Counted from the first letter of the stretch, positions 29,161-39,807 are shown. The stretch is 64,000 nt of DNA from Myxococcota bacterium (GCA_044344255.1 JBIJDH010000004.1:128001-192000), one strand, 5' to 3'. The notes: generated from the sequence alone by a model not told the origin. Program-made: numbers and translations.

Positions 29161-30819
29161 CTAGTGCGCATACTCGAGGGCCATCAAGTCCCAGGCCATC
29201 TCGACGGGTGCTTGATCGTCTACGAGCACCTGGGCGTCCTCCCAGCCGGGCACCGGGCCGGCGACGCGGCTCCGCAGGCGGTCGCGCAGGCTGTCGAGGG
29301 CGAGGGAGGGCGGGAGCTTGTCGAGGTTGTCTGCCCCGAGCATCATCGACTTCTCGCGGCGCGTCGCCAAGATGACGTCGTTGGCCTTGGTCGCGTTGAC
29401 CAGCACCACCGTGGGGAAGACCTCCCGCAGCGTGCGGTAGATCATCGCCGACAAGGACGCGCTCACACCGCGCACGCTGGCCACGTTCACCGCGAGGACG
29501 CCGTCGTCTCCAAGGTGGTCGTAGACGGCCTCGAAGAACTCGCGGGTGACGAGGTGGAAGGGGATGTAGGGCTGGCGATAGGCGTCGATCTGGATGAGGT
29601 CGTACCGCTTGTCGGTGACCGACAGCCAGACGCGGCCGTCCATCACGATCGGCCGGAGGGCGGGGTTGGCGTTGTCGAAGTAACGGCGGCCGGCCTCGAC
29701 CACCGCGCCGTCGATCTCGACGCCGTCGATCCGGGCCGCGGGGAAGGCGTCGAGCATCTGTCGGGCCATCGTTCCGCCGGCGAGGCCGATGATGAGCACG
29801 TCGCGGAGGGACTGGGGGTCGTCCATCCAGAGCGGGGCGGCGGCCATGTAGGTCCAGTAGCCCCGGATGTCCTTCTGCGGGTCGGGGCACTTGACCGAGT
29901 GAACGCCGATGCCCTCGTTCAAGTAGAGGTGGTAGGCGTCGGGGCAGTCGCCGTACGGCTCCTGGACCACCTGGATGAAGTGGTAGGTGCTCTCCTCTTC
30001 GTAGACGAGGCCGGGCATCGGGCGGATGGTGCCGGTGGGGAGGAGGAGCAGGAGCGCGGAGCCCGCCGGCGGCAAGGCTCCCTTCGCGCCGCCCAAGAAG
30101 CCGACGGCGCTCACCGCCAGCAGGACGGTGCCCACGGCGATGAAGGTGTCCCGCACGCCGAGCGCGGGCACGAGCACGAGGGCCGGCAGGAAGGTGCCGA
30201 GGATGCTGCCGAAGGTGGAGAGGGCGTAGAGCCGCCCCGCCACCTTGGCGCTGCCCTCGACGGTGTCGATGGCGAGGCGGATCGCCCAGGGGCTCACCAT
30301 GCCGAGCAGCGTGATCGGGCCCGCCATGATCGCCAGCGTGCCGAGGATGCCGCCGACGATGGTGGCGATGGCGACGGCGGGCTCGGAGACCTCATCTCCC
30401 TGGACGAGGGGGCGCAGCACCGCCGCGGCGGCCTGCAGCACCGGCTGGCCGATGAAGGGGATGACGAGCACGAGCAGCGAGGCCGCGAAGGTCACCTTGC
30501 AGAGCGCGGGGAGCGTGGGGTGGCGGTCACCGAAGCGCCCGCCGAGCGAGTAGCCGAGCGACAGGAAGCCCATCAACGTGCCGATGAGCACGGTGGTCAC
30601 GACGAGAGAGGTGCCGAAGTACGGCGCCAGGAGGCGCAGCCCGGCCATCTCGACGGCCATCACGGCGGCGCCGCTCGTGAAGACCAGCACCTGGAGGTGC
30701 CGACGGGGCGGCGGCGGGATGACCCCCCGCGGCGGCGCAATGTCAGCGCCAAGCGCGGTGGGGCTGACGGGCGTGTTCGGGCTAATAGGGGCTCTCTCCC
30801 AGCGCTTCGAGGGCCTCAC
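29161..30819 (-). CDS. Fused membrane domain / spermidine synthase-like methyltransferase
   Basis: SGAAVMAVEM...RLLAPYFGTS, GRLYALSTFGSILG; IIGLAGG, VEID, DGR, YDLIQIDAY, PFHLVTREFF. Confidence 0.88.
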   Translation of the reverse strand: MRPSKRWERAPISPNTPVSPTALGADIAPPRGVIPPPPRRHLQVLVFTSGAAVMAVEMAGLRLLAPYFGTSLVVTTVLIGTLMGFLSLGYSLGGRFGDRHPTLPALCKVTFAASLLVLVIPFIGQPVLQAAAAVLRPLVQGDEVSEPAVAIATIVGGILGTLAIMAGPITLLGMVSPWAIRLAIDTVEGSAKVAGRLYALSTFGSILGTFLPALVLVPALGVRDTFIAVGTVLLAVSAVGFLGGAKGALPPAGSALLLLLPTGTIRPMPGLVYEEESTYHFIQVVQEPYGDCPDAYHLYLNEGIGVHSVKCPDPQKDIRGYWTYMAAAPLWMDDPQSLRDVLIIGLAGGTMARQMLDAFPAARIDGVEIDGAVVEAGRRYFDNANPALRPIVMDGRVWLSVTDKRYDLIQIDAYRQPYIPFHLVTREFFEAVYDHLGDDGVLAVNVASVRGVSASLSAMIYRTLREVFPTVVLVNATKANDVILATRREKSMMLGADNLDKLPPSLALDSLRDRLRSRVAGPVPGWEDAQVLVDDQAPVEMAWDLMALEYAH

Positions 30820-31171
30820 GGGCCGAGCGCCTCACCTCAGGGTCGAGGTCGTCGGTGCGCTCACGGAGCGCATGGGTGGCCTCGCGGGCCCGGAGGTCCT
30901 CGAGGGCGCGGCACGCCTCGGCGCGGACGGAGGGGTCGTGATCGTGCAGCGCCTCCATCACCGCGGGGATGGCGCGAGGGTCTTCGGTGAAGCCCATGAG
31001 CTGGATCGCATAGAAGCGCAGCAGGGGCTCGCGCGGGTTGAGCTTGTAGAGCTCAGCGAGGTCTGGGAGGGCCTCGGCGCGGTCGAAGAGCACGGCGTCA
31101 AAGGCGGCGTCGGCCCGACGGGGGTCGGGATCGGTCAGCGCTTCGAAGAGGTCAGCGTAGCGGGGGCGCAT
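30782..31171 (-). CDS. HEAT repeat protein
   Basis: AIPAVMEALHDHDPSVRAEACRAL; DLDPEVRRSAREAL. Confidence 0.8.
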   Translation of the reverse strand: MRPRYADLFEALTDPDPRRADAAFDAVLFDRAEALPDLAELYKLNPREPLLRFYAIQLMGFTEDPRAIPAVMEALHDHDPSVRAEACRALEDLRAREATHALRERTDDLDPEVRRSAREALEALGESPY

Positions 31172-31278
31172 GAGGCTCTCGACGGGTGCTCATCACGAGG
31201 GGCCGCCTCATAACGTACCCACGGGGATGGGTTAAGGTCGGGCGCCAATTATTGAGGTCGTCAATTGATGATGTCGCC

Positions 31279-32028
31279 TTGCTGATCCTGCTCTCCAATG
31301 ATGATGGCATCGACGCCCCCGGCCTCGCGGCCTTGGAGCGGGCCTTTGCCCCCTTGGGAGATGTGGTGGTGGTGGCGCCGGCGGAGGAGCAGTCGGCGAA
31401 GAGCCACTCGCTCACCATGTTTGAGCCCCTGCGGGTGAGCCGGCGGGGTGAGCGGCGGTATGCCGTGACTGGCACGCCGGCCGACTGCGCCTACATCGGC
31501 GTCCATCACCTGTGCGGCCGGCCCCCTGACCTCGTCGTCTCGGGCGTGAACCGCGGCGTCAACCTGGGAGATGACGTGCATTACTCGGGCACGGTCGCCG
31601 CGGCGATGGAGGGGGCCCTGATCGGAGTGCCCGCCGTGGCCGTGAGCCTCGCGGCGGCGCCTGGCAAGCGGGACGACGCCCGCCCCTGGGACCTCGCCGC
31701 CGGCCTCGCGCTGCGGGTGGCCCGGGCGCTGCTCGACGACCCCCTCGACGGCCACGCCTTCCTCAACTTGAATGTGCCGGACGTGCCCGAGCTTCAAGGG
31801 TTGAAGGTCGCCCGCCAGGGCAAGCACTGGTACCACCCGCTGGTGGAGCAGAAGGAGGACCCTCGGGGTCGCCCGTACTTCTGGCTCGGCGGCGACCACC
31901 GGGCGTATTGCGACGAGCCTGACACCGACGGACACTGGTTCGCGAGGGGCTACGCCACGCTCACGCCGATGCGCCCCGACCTCACGGCCCACCGCCTGCT
32001 CGAGCGCGTGGGCCGCTGGGGCCTCTGA
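31279..32028 (+). CDS. surE: 5'/3'-nucleotidase SurE
   Basis: ILLSNDDG, GTPADC, SGVNRG, YSGTVAAAMEG; TTG start assumed. Confidence 0.95.
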   Translation: MLILLSNDDGIDAPGLAALERAFAPLGDVVVVAPAEEQSAKSHSLTMFEPLRVSRRGERRYAVTGTPADCAYIGVHHLCGRPPDLVVSGVNRGVNLGDDVHYSGTVAAAMEGALIGVPAVAVSLAAAPGKRDDARPWDLAAGLALRVARALLDDPLDGHAFLNLNVPDVPELQGLKVARQGKHWYHPLVEQKEDPRGRPYFWLGGDHRAYCDEPDTDGHWFARGYATLTPMRPDLTAHRLLERVGRWGL

Positions 32029-32129
32029 GCCCGCGGTCGCCGGTCGACGGTCGCCGCGCAGGGACACCCGGCGTGCGCGGGCGGCGGTGGCCCGGTCGGA
32101 ATAGGCAGTGGGTCCACTCGGAGGTTCCC

Positions 32130-32660
32130 ATGACCGATCTCCCCGACCGTCTCCGACAGGTCGTCCGCGACGTCCCTGACTTCCCGAAGCCCGGCATCCT
32201 GTTCAAGGACATCACGCCGATCCTCGCCGATCCGCGGCTGCTGCGCGGCACCGTCGATTATTTCGCCGAGCTCTACGCCGGCCAGCACATCGACGTCGTG
32301 GTCGGCATGGAGTCCCGCGGCTTCATCTTCGGTGCGCCGCTGGCCCTGGCCCTCTCGGCGGCCTTCGCGCCGGCGCGGAAGCCGGGCAAGCTGCCGTACC
32401 AGTCGATCGGCGTGGACTACGCGCTCGAGTACGGCACCGCCCGCCTCGAGATGCACATCGACGCCATCCGGCCCGGCCAGCGGGTGTTGGTCATCGACGA
32501 CCTCCTCGCCACCGGTGGTACGGCGGCAGCGACGAACGAGCTCGTCCGGCGCCTCGGCGGTGACCTCGTCGCGGACCTCTTCGTGATCGAGCTCGCATTC
32601 CTCTCCGGTCGGGAGCTCCTCAACCCGGCGCCTGTGCATTCGCTGCTTCGTTTCGACTGA
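32130..32660 (+). CDS. apt: Adenine phosphoribosyltransferase
   Basis: PDFPKPGILFKDIT, ESRGF, RKPGKLP, VIDDLLATGGT. Confidence 0.96.
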   Translation: MTDLPDRLRQVVRDVPDFPKPGILFKDITPILADPRLLRGTVDYFAELYAGQHIDVVVGMESRGFIFGAPLALALSAAFAPARKPGKLPYQSIGVDYALEYGTARLEMHIDAIRPGQRVLVIDDLLATGGTAAATNELVRRLGGDLVADLFVIELAFLSGRELLNPAPVHSLLRFD

Positions 32661-32838
32661 GCTCTGGCCTCGGAGACCGCGGCTGGCGGCCCTCCTGGAG
32701 GTCGGCCTGCAAAAAGCAGGTCAAGCAGGACACCGCGGTGGATCACATTGATGAGGACCGGCCATAAAGTGGTCGGTCTGCCCCCGAGGTGGCCCGGTCC
32801 TCCGATCGCGCCCACTTTGTCGTCCTCCCCGAGGCGAG

Positions 32839-35598
32839 ATGCCCCCGGCCCCTGTCTTGCGGCTCAAGAGCTGCACCGTCGACCTTCAGCGCCGGGTGGT
32901 GGAGCGCGGGGTCGAGCTGGTGGCCTTGACGCCAAAAGAGGCGGAGCTACTTAGCTATCTGCTTCGAAGCGCGCCGAACGCGGTGTCGAGAGAGGAGCTG
33001 CTGACCGCGGTGTGGGAGTACGGGGCCAACGTCTCCACCCGCACGCTCGACACCACGATCTACACGCTGCGATCGAAGATCGAGGCCAAGCCGTCCGAGC
33101 CTGACCACGTGCTCACGGTGCGTGGGCTCGGCTACCAGTTCCAGGTTGCCGACCTCGCGCCCACCGCCAGCCTCACCGCGCTGCAGGTCGATGCCAGCAC
33201 CTTTATCGGCCGCTCCGCCGAGCTCGACCTCCTGCTCGACCTCGTCCACGGCGGGGCGCGCATCGTGACGATCGTGGGGATGGCCGGGACGGGCAAGACC
33301 CGGCTCGCGCGCCGGTTCGCCGCGCTCCAGGCCGCGATGTTCCCGGGCGGCTCGTGGTTCTGTGACCTCAGCGAAGCCCGCAGCCAGGCGGACGTCTGCG
33401 CGGCCCTGGCCCGGACCCTGGTCCTCACCCTCGATCACAACGATGGCGTCGCCCAGCTCGGCCGCGCCCTCTCTGCCCGGGGTCGGGCGCTCGTGATCCT
33501 CGACAATTTCGAGCAGATCGTCCGCTTCGCCGGCGCGACGGTGCAGCGCTGGGCCGAGGCCTCCCCCGAGATCCTCTTCCTCGTCACGAGCCGTGAGCAC
33601 CTCCGCCTGCCCGGCGAGCGCCTGCTGCCGCTCGGCCCGCTCGGCCTCCCGCCCGAGAGCGTGGTCGGCGCCGACGAGGCGCAGCGAGAGCGCCTGGGCT
33701 CGGTGGAGGCGGTGGCGCTCTTCGTCGATCGGGCCCGCTCGGGGCGGCCGAGCTTCGAGCTCACGAGCGAGAACGTCGTCGCGGTCTGCGACATCGTCCG
33801 CACCCTCGATGGTCTGCCGCTCGCGATCGAGCTCGCCGCCGCGCGCTGCCGCGTGCTCTCCCCCGAGGCGATCAAGACCCGCCTCGTCCGCCGCTTTGAC
33901 CTGCTGACGGGCGGCCCCCGCGACGCCTCCGTGCGCCAGGCCACGCTGCGGGGGGCCATCGACTGGTCCTGGCAGATGCTGGAGCCCTGGGAGCAGCTCG
34001 CCCTCGCCCAGAGCGCGGTCTTCCGCGGCGGCTTCTCGCTGGAGGCCGCAGAGTCCGTACTGGAGACGGGTGCCTGGCCGGAGTCGGCCTTCGTGCTCGA
34101 TCTTCTGCAGACCCTCCACGACAAGAGCCTGCTGCGCAGCAAGGAGCTGTCGGGGGGCGACCTCCGCTTCTTCCACTCGGAGTCCATCCGTGACTTCGTG
34201 TCGGAGAAGCTCGTGGCGCCCGGGGCGCTGATCAGCCCGGACGGGGTGGTCCTCACGGGACCGGCGGCCCTCGCGAGCGTCGAGCGGCGGCACTTCGCCT
34301 GGTTCGCCGGCCTCGGCGCGCGAGCCCAGATCGACGCGCTGCACGCCGAGGGCGGGGTGGAGCGGCTCCGCGTCCTGGTCCGCGAGGTGCACAACCTCGA
34401 GGCGGCCCACAGCCGCGCGGTCGGCATGGGGGAGGCCACGCTCGCCGCCGCCCTCTGCCTGGCGCTCCACGAGGTCTACCGGCTCCGGGGGCCCCTGGGC
34501 CACAGCCTCCATCGGGTCGGGCAGGTCCTCGCCCTCGGCGGGCTCTCCGCGGAGACGCGGGCCCGCCTCCTGCTCGCGCTGGCCGCCACGCGACGGGCGA
34601 CCGGGCAGCCCGAGCTGGCGAAGCGGGCCCTCGGGCAGGCCATCGAGCTCTCTCGTGCGGCGGGCGATCGCTCCCTCGAGGCTCGCGCCGTCGGGACCCT
34701 CGGGGCGATCGATCACCAGTCTGGCCGGGCAGAGCAGGGCGTCCGCGAGGTCGTGGAGGGCCTCGGCCTCGCCCGGCGCTTCGGTCCGCCGTGGATCGAG
34801 GCCCAGCTCCTCTCGATGTTAGGTGAGATCCATCGCTCGGGCGGTCACCTCGACGAGGCCCGCGGCCACTTCGAGGCGGCGCTTCGGATCTCCCGCGACA
34901 ACGGCGACCGTCCGCAGGAGGGCGATCTCCTCGGTGAGCTCGCCCACCTCTACCAGACGCAGGGCCGCTTCTCGCTGGCGCGGCGGGCTTGCGACGAGGC
35001 GCTCACCATCCACCGAGAGGTGGGCAACCGCACCCGCGAGGGCATTGTCATCGGCACGCTCGGGCTCCTGCTCGTGGACGAGGGCAACTACGCCTCCGCC
35101 CGGGCGCACCTCGATCAGGCCCTGGCGATGCACCGGGAGACGGGCGTGCGGCTGATGGAGGCGCGGGAGCTCCGGTACCTCGGTCGGCTCGAGCTCGACG
35201 TCGGGGACGTCGAGACGGCGGGGCTCCACATCGCCAGCGCCGAGCAGCTGGGCCTCGACCTCAACGACCACCGCCACATCGTCTACTGCCGGGCCCTGCG
35301 CGGGGAGCTCCTGCTCCGCCAGGGCGACCTCCAGGGCGCGCGCCGACTGCTCGGAGACGCCGTGGCGGAGCTCGATCAGATCGGCGATCGTTTCCAGGTC
35401 TCGCGGGCCATCGGCCCGCTCGGTGAGGTCCAGGCCCGCCTCGGGGAGCGAGGTGCGGCGGCGGGCACCCTCCAGCGCGCGCTCCACCTCGCCGCGGAGC
35501 TGGGCGTCGGCACGGGCTCGGCGCTGGTTCATGCCATCGATCGCCTCCGTCGGCGACTCGATCCCACCGAGGCCCCCGAGCCCGCCCGCCGGGCTTGA
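32839..35598 (+). CDS. Winged-helix (OmpR-type) + STAND-like ATPase + TPR regulator
   Basis: LTPKEAELL...TRTLDTTIYTLRSKIE...TVRGLGY; GMAGTGKT; LDNFEQ; LDGLPLAIELAAAR; C-terminal TPRs. Confidence 0.9.
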   Translation: MPPAPVLRLKSCTVDLQRRVVERGVELVALTPKEAELLSYLLRSAPNAVSREELLTAVWEYGANVSTRTLDTTIYTLRSKIEAKPSEPDHVLTVRGLGYQFQVADLAPTASLTALQVDASTFIGRSAELDLLLDLVHGGARIVTIVGMAGTGKTRLARRFAALQAAMFPGGSWFCDLSEARSQADVCAALARTLVLTLDHNDGVAQLGRALSARGRALVILDNFEQIVRFAGATVQRWAEASPEILFLVTSREHLRLPGERLLPLGPLGLPPESVVGADEAQRERLGSVEAVALFVDRARSGRPSFELTSENVVAVCDIVRTLDGLPLAIELAAARCRVLSPEAIKTRLVRRFDLLTGGPRDASVRQATLRGAIDWSWQMLEPWEQLALAQSAVFRGGFSLEAAESVLETGAWPESAFVLDLLQTLHDKSLLRSKELSGGDLRFFHSESIRDFVSEKLVAPGALISPDGVVLTGPAALASVERRHFAWFAGLGARAQIDALHAEGGVERLRVLVREVHNLEAAHSRAVGMGEATLAAALCLALHEVYRLRGPLGHSLHRVGQVLALGGLSAETRARLLLALAATRRATGQPELAKRALGQAIELSRAAGDRSLEARAVGTLGAIDHQSGRAEQGVREVVEGLGLARRFGPPWIEAQLLSMLGEIHRSGGHLDEARGHFEAALRISRDNGDRPQEGDLLGELAHLYQTQGRFSLARRACDEALTIHREVGNRTREGIVIGTLGLLLVDEGNYASARAHLDQALAMHRETGVRLMEARELRYLGRLELDVGDVETAGLHIASAEQLGLDLNDHRHIVYCRALRGELLLRQGDLQGARRLLGDAVAELDQIGDRFQVSRAIGPLGEVQARLGERGAAAGTLQRALHLAAELGVGTGSALVHAIDRLRRRLDPTEAPEPARRA

Positions 35599-35604
35599 GC
35601 GCGC

Positions 35605-36213
35605 TCAGGCGGGGGGCGTGGCCTGGAGGATGCGGGCCCAGGCGAGGTCGAGGGCCCGGGCGAGCGCGGCCTCGTCGCCGCTGTTCTCGACGACCGCCGT
35701 CGCCAGCGCCGCCTTGTCGGCGGCCGGGAGCTGGGCGGCGATCCAGCGGCGGGCCGCCTCGGCGTCGAGGTGGTTGCGCCGCATGAGCCGGTCCTGCTGC
35801 ACCTCGACGGGGGCGATGACGACCAGCAGCGCGTCGTAGAGGCGCCAGCTGCCGGTCTCCACCATCAGCGCCGCCTCGACCACCGCCACCTGCGCCCCGG
35901 CCTCTGCCTGCTCGGTGAGCCAGCGGTGGATCGCCGCGCGGATGAGGGGGTGGGTGATCTGCTCGAGGGCCGCGCGCTCGGCGGGGTCGGCGAGCACGAT
36001 GACCCGCAGCCGCTCGCGATCGAGCACCCCGTCGGCCTGGAGCACCGACGGGCCGAAGCGGCGGGCCACCTGGGCCAGCCCCTCGCTGCCGGGGGCCACG
36101 ACCGCCCGCGCGACCTGATCGGCGTCGAGCACGGGTAGGCCGCGCGCCCGGAGCAGGGCGGCGACCGTGGACTTGCCGCTGGCGATGCCTCCAGTGAGGC
36201 CGACGGTCTTCAT
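35605..36213 (-). CDS. coaE: Dephospho-CoA kinase
   Basis: GLTGGIASGKST, DADQVAR, LEQITHPLI. Confidence 0.95.
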   Translation of the reverse strand: MKTVGLTGGIASGKSTVAALLRARGLPVLDADQVARAVVAPGSEGLAQVARRFGPSVLQADGVLDRERLRVIVLADPAERAALEQITHPLIRAAIHRWLTEQAEAGAQVAVVEAALMVETGSWRLYDALLVVIAPVEVQQDRLMRRNHLDAEAARRWIAAQLPAADKAALATAVVENSGDEAALARALDLAWARILQATPPA

Positions 36214-36242
36214 GCGGTCTTCATACGGCCTTCATATGGGTT

Positions 36243-36785
36243 TTATGGGGTGGCGCTCGGGGGCGGGGGTGCCGCTGCGGGTGCCGCCGCAGGTGCCGCT
36301 GCGGGTGACCCCGCGGTGATCGCGGTGACGGCGGCCTCGAGGTGCCGCTTTGGTCGGGGTCGGACCTCCGCTCGGGCGGCGGCCTGGAGGGCGGGAAGGG
36401 CCGAGGCGGTCTCGAGCCCGCCGAGGATGTCGGCGCAGTGAGCGGTGATGTTGTCCCGCTGGCCCACCACGAGCGCGCAGGCGGGCGCGAGGAGCTGGTC
36501 GAAGTCTTGGAGGGCGGAGAGGGCGTCGTCGGCCGTCTCGCTGCCCGGTCGGCGGTCGGCCCGACGCAGCGCCCGCTTCACCTGTCGGCGGAGGGTGCGG
36601 GCGGCGAAGAGGCGGACGGGGGCGTCCTCATCGGAGAGGTCACGCACCAGCTCGGGGATCGACTTCGGGCCGGTCGCCCCCACGGCCGGCTGCGCGTTCG
36701 TCGCTCGAGCGGGCGCCGACCAGAGCGCGCTCGCGAGCAGCAGGAGCGAGGCGGAGGCGCCGAGGAGGGGGCCGCGGGGGGACAT
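36243..36785 (-). CDS. Exported HEAT-repeat-like protein
   Basis: ATG overlaps the upstream TGA; signal peptide; LVRDLSDEDAPVRLFAARTL. Confidence 0.6.
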   Translation of the reverse strand: MSPRGPLLGASASLLLLASALWSAPARATNAQPAVGATGPKSIPELVRDLSDEDAPVRLFAARTLRRQVKRALRRADRRPGSETADDALSALQDFDQLLAPACALVVGQRDNITAHCADILGGLETASALPALQAAARAEVRPRPKRHLEAAVTAITAGSPAAAPAAAPAAAPPPPSATP

Positions 36786-38566
36786 CACTCTTCGAACTTC
36801 TCGATGTACCGGAAGATGGTGCGCGGGTCGACGCCCAGGTCGCGGGCGGTCTGCGCCTTGTTCCAATTGTTGAGCTCGAGGGCCTCGCGGATGTAGGTCT
36901 TCTTGAAGTCCTCGGCCGCCGCCTCGAGCGGGAGGATGACGCGCTTGTCGCTGGCCTTGATGCCGAGGTCTTCGCCGTTGAGCAGGGCCCGATCGCTCAT
37001 GATCACGGCCTTCTTCACGCGGTTCTCGAGCTGGCGGACGTTGCCCGGCCAGAAGTAGCCGAGCAGGGCGACCACACACTCGTTCGTGAAGCCGCGGGCC
37101 TTGGCTCCGTATTGCTCGGCGTACTTGTTGAGGAAGAAGCGGGCGAGCTCGTGGATGTCCTCTCCGCGGCTGCGGAGCGGGGGCAGGTTGATGCTCACCT
37201 CGTTGAGGCGGTAGAAGAGGTCTTCGCGGAAGCGCCCGGCTCGGATCTCCTCCTCGAGGTCCTTGTTGGTCGCGGAGACCACGCGGAGGTCGACCGGGCG
37301 CGGCTTGAGGTCGCCCACCCGCTCGATCACCCGCTCCTGCAGCACCCGCAGCAGCTTGACCTGCAGGTTCATCGGCATCTCGCCGATCTCGTCGAGGAAG
37401 AGGGTGCCGCTGTCGGCGGCCTCGAACTTGCCCACCTTGTCGGTCACGGCGCCGGTGAAGGCCCCCCGCTTATGGCCGAAGAGCTCGCTCTCCAGCAGGT
37501 TCTCGGGGATCGCACCGCAGTTGATGGAGACGAAGGGCTTCTTGGCCCGGGGGCTGAGCCGATGGAGCTCCGCGGCGACGAGCTCCTTGCCTGTGCCCGT
37601 CTCGCCCAGCACGAGGACGGTGAGATCGGTGGGCGAGACCTTCCGGATCATCCGGAAGACCTCCTTCATCGGCGCGCAGGAGCCGATGATGGCGCCCTGA
37701 CCCGTCTTTCGGAGCTGCTCTCGGAGGTTGCGGTTGCTGACCTTGAGCTCGTCGAGCATCAGCGCGGCGTGCAGCACCATCGAGGCCTGGCTGGCCCAGA
37801 CCTGGAGCAGGGCGAGGTCGTCCTCGGTGAAGAGCCCGGTGACGGCGTCATTGCCGAGGTACAGGACCCCGAGCAGCTCGCCCCGGAACAAGAGGGGGAC
37901 GCACATCACGCTCGACAGCCGGAGGTCGACCACGCTCTGGGCGCGCGCGAACTTTCGATCGGCCATCGCGTCGCTGATGATGAGCGGCTGCTTGTGCTGG
38001 ATCACCTGGTCGACGATCGTGTCGCTGATCCGGGAGAGGTCGAGGGTCTCGGAGCCGACGTTGTGGGAGGCGGCGAGGTGGCGCTCACCGTCCTTGAAGT
38101 AGATGACGAAGCCCTTCTCCGCGCGGGTGAGCTCGACGACCGCCTCCAGGAGGAGCTTGAAGACCCGCTCGGGCTTCTCCTCTCGCATGAGCGAGCTCGA
38201 GAACTCGACGAGGCGCGCGAGGGGCTCGACCGCGCCGCGCTCGGAGCGCCCCCCGCCCGCAGGGGTGACCTCGGGCTCGCCGTCTTGGAGGATCAGCTCG
38301 AAGCGGCCGACCAGCACACGATCGCCCGCGTTCAACACCGCCTGCCGTGCGAGGCGGCCGTTGACGTAGAGCTCGGCGCCGGGCCCGATGGCGTTGATGG
38401 TGTACTGGCCGCCCTTCCGGACGAGGTTCGCGTGGGTGGGGGCGACCGCCGTGTCGTCCAACACCACGTCATTCCCCGGCTGCCGCCCGACGCTGACCAC
38501 GGGCTTTCGCAGAGGCAGGTCTCGTGAGGTCTTCCGGACCGGGTCGTTACAGCGGAGGAACGGCAT
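36785..38566 (-). CDS. FHA-GAF sigma54-dependent Fis-family enhancer-binding protein
   Basis: VGRQPGNDVVL..HA (FHA); SVMCVPL..GVLYL (GAF); GETGTGKE, GAFTGA, FLDEIGE, WPGNVRQLEN; C-terminal HTH. Confidence 0.93.
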   Translation of the reverse strand: MPFLRCNDPVRKTSRDLPLRKPVVSVGRQPGNDVVLDDTAVAPTHANLVRKGGQYTINAIGPGAELYVNGRLARQAVLNAGDRVLVGRFELILQDGEPEVTPAGGGRSERGAVEPLARLVEFSSSLMREEKPERVFKLLLEAVVELTRAEKGFVIYFKDGERHLAASHNVGSETLDLSRISDTIVDQVIQHKQPLIISDAMADRKFARAQSVVDLRLSSVMCVPLLFRGELLGVLYLGNDAVTGLFTEDDLALLQVWASQASMVLHAALMLDELKVSNRNLREQLRKTGQGAIIGSCAPMKEVFRMIRKVSPTDLTVLVLGETGTGKELVAAELHRLSPRAKKPFVSINCGAIPENLLESELFGHKRGAFTGAVTDKVGKFEAADSGTLFLDEIGEMPMNLQVKLLRVLQERVIERVGDLKPRPVDLRVVSATNKDLEEEIRAGRFREDLFYRLNEVSINLPPLRSRGEDIHELARFFLNKYAEQYGAKARGFTNECVVALLGYFWPGNVRQLENRVKKAVIMSDRALLNGEDLGIKASDKRVILPLEAAAEDFKKTYIREALELNNWNKAQTARDLGVDPRTIFRYIEKFEE

Positions 38567-38606
38567 CGAGCTCCCGGGGGCGCCCTCAGGCGCTGACCTG
38601 CCCGGC

Positions 38607-39431
38607 TTATCTCGTCGAGCCGCCGTCTGGCGCGGCCCTGCGAGCCGCCTCAGCCGCCCCCTGTCGGCGCCAGTGGCCATGGGCGTCGGCCACCCCGGCC
38701 GTCCAGGTCGCGTAGAAGCCGATCGTAGAGCCGAGGCTGAGGCCCTTGAGGGTGCGGAGCCGGCGCTCGGCGTCTGCGTCACCGGTGAGGTAGCGCCGAT
38801 CACTGGCCAGCATGACGAAGGACACCGTGTTCAGCCCGACCATCGTGAGCTGTCCGCCCAGCCAGAGGGCGCCCATGCCGGTCCGCCCGTGGCGAAGCTG
38901 GTAGATGCCGAGGGGCGCCCAGGCGCCGATCGGCGCGCGAGGGAGGACCGTCGGGGGCGGCGGTGACGCTTGAGCCGAGGCGGCCTGCGCCTCGTACAGC
39001 CGGACGTAGTCGAAGAAGCTCGTGATGTCGGGCGGATGACGGAAGGGGTCGATGATGTAGAGGGGATCGATCTGGAGGACCTGCTCGAAGAATCGGCGAG
39101 CCCCCTCCTCGTCGCCCTCGGTGTACAGCAGCTCTCCGAGGTAGATCCGGGCCTCCAGCAAGAGGGTGGGGTCCCCGGGGGGGGGAGCCAGCACGAGATC
39201 GACCAACAAGCGACGGGCTTCCTCACGTTGTCCGACCTGGTAGGCCCTCACGGCCTCGTCGAGGCGCTGCTTGATGTCGGGGACCGGGACGGCGTCGCCG
39301 AAGGTGACCCCAGGCGCATCGGGTGCGCTCTGTTCCTCAGCAACCTGTGCTTCGGCGACCCCGGTGCCCAGGAGCATCAACAGGGGCAAGGTGGGGGTGA
39401 GGAGCACCCATCGCGGCAGCGGAACGCGCAT
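38607..39431 (-). CDS. Exported TPR protein with C-terminal membrane segments
   Basis: Signal peptide; ARIYLGELLY...ARRFFEQVLQIDP. Confidence 0.65.
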   Translation of the reverse strand: MRVPLPRWVLLTPTLPLLMLLGTGVAEAQVAEEQSAPDAPGVTFGDAVPVPDIKQRLDEAVRAYQVGQREEARRLLVDLVLAPPPGDPTLLLEARIYLGELLYTEGDEEGARRFFEQVLQIDPLYIIDPFRHPPDITSFFDYVRLYEAQAASAQASPPPPTVLPRAPIGAWAPLGIYQLRHGRTGMGALWLGGQLTMVGLNTVSFVMLASDRRYLTGDADAERRLRTLKGLSLGSTIGFYATWTAGVADAHGHWRRQGAAEAARRAAPDGGSTR

Positions 39432-39807
39432 CAGGGGCGAAGTTAGCCGGACGGTTGGAGGCGGTCAACCGGCCGGCCACGCCCGCTCGGTCCGCGGCGA
39501 CCGGAGCGCCTGCCTTCGCCGCTCCGCTTTCGCCACCGCCCGTGACGTTCGATGACATGAAAACACAATCTTCTGGTCGCGGGGGCGACACAGACAAGAT
39601 ACAACTGAGGACGGCTGAAGAACAGGTGGCACCTGATTCCGTGGCCCCCCGCCCACATCTTCAGCGGTGGTGGTTCTCCAAAGAGCAGGTCCTGTGGGCC
39701 TCTTGGCGGGGTCCATCCTTCAGAAGTATGGCGGATGTCACCCCCTTTCAGGGGTGTGGTGTTCGTCGAACGTGGCGGGTCCCCCGGGCGCCCGGTGTGA
39801 CCGTGTA

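Noticed and set aside
32748..32785. Hammerhead ribozyme-like TGATGAG plus stem
   Set aside because: No GAAA after the stem, and the core CUGAUGA is imperfect
32839..35598. Avs-type antiphage STAND protein
   Set aside because: N-terminus is an OmpR-type DNA-binding domain rather than a toxic effector, and there is no defence-island context
39620..39760. tRNA/tmRNA 3' end (CCACCA on - strand) or glycine riboswitch
   Set aside because: No T-arm or acceptor stem, and the riboswitch consensus elements are incomplete
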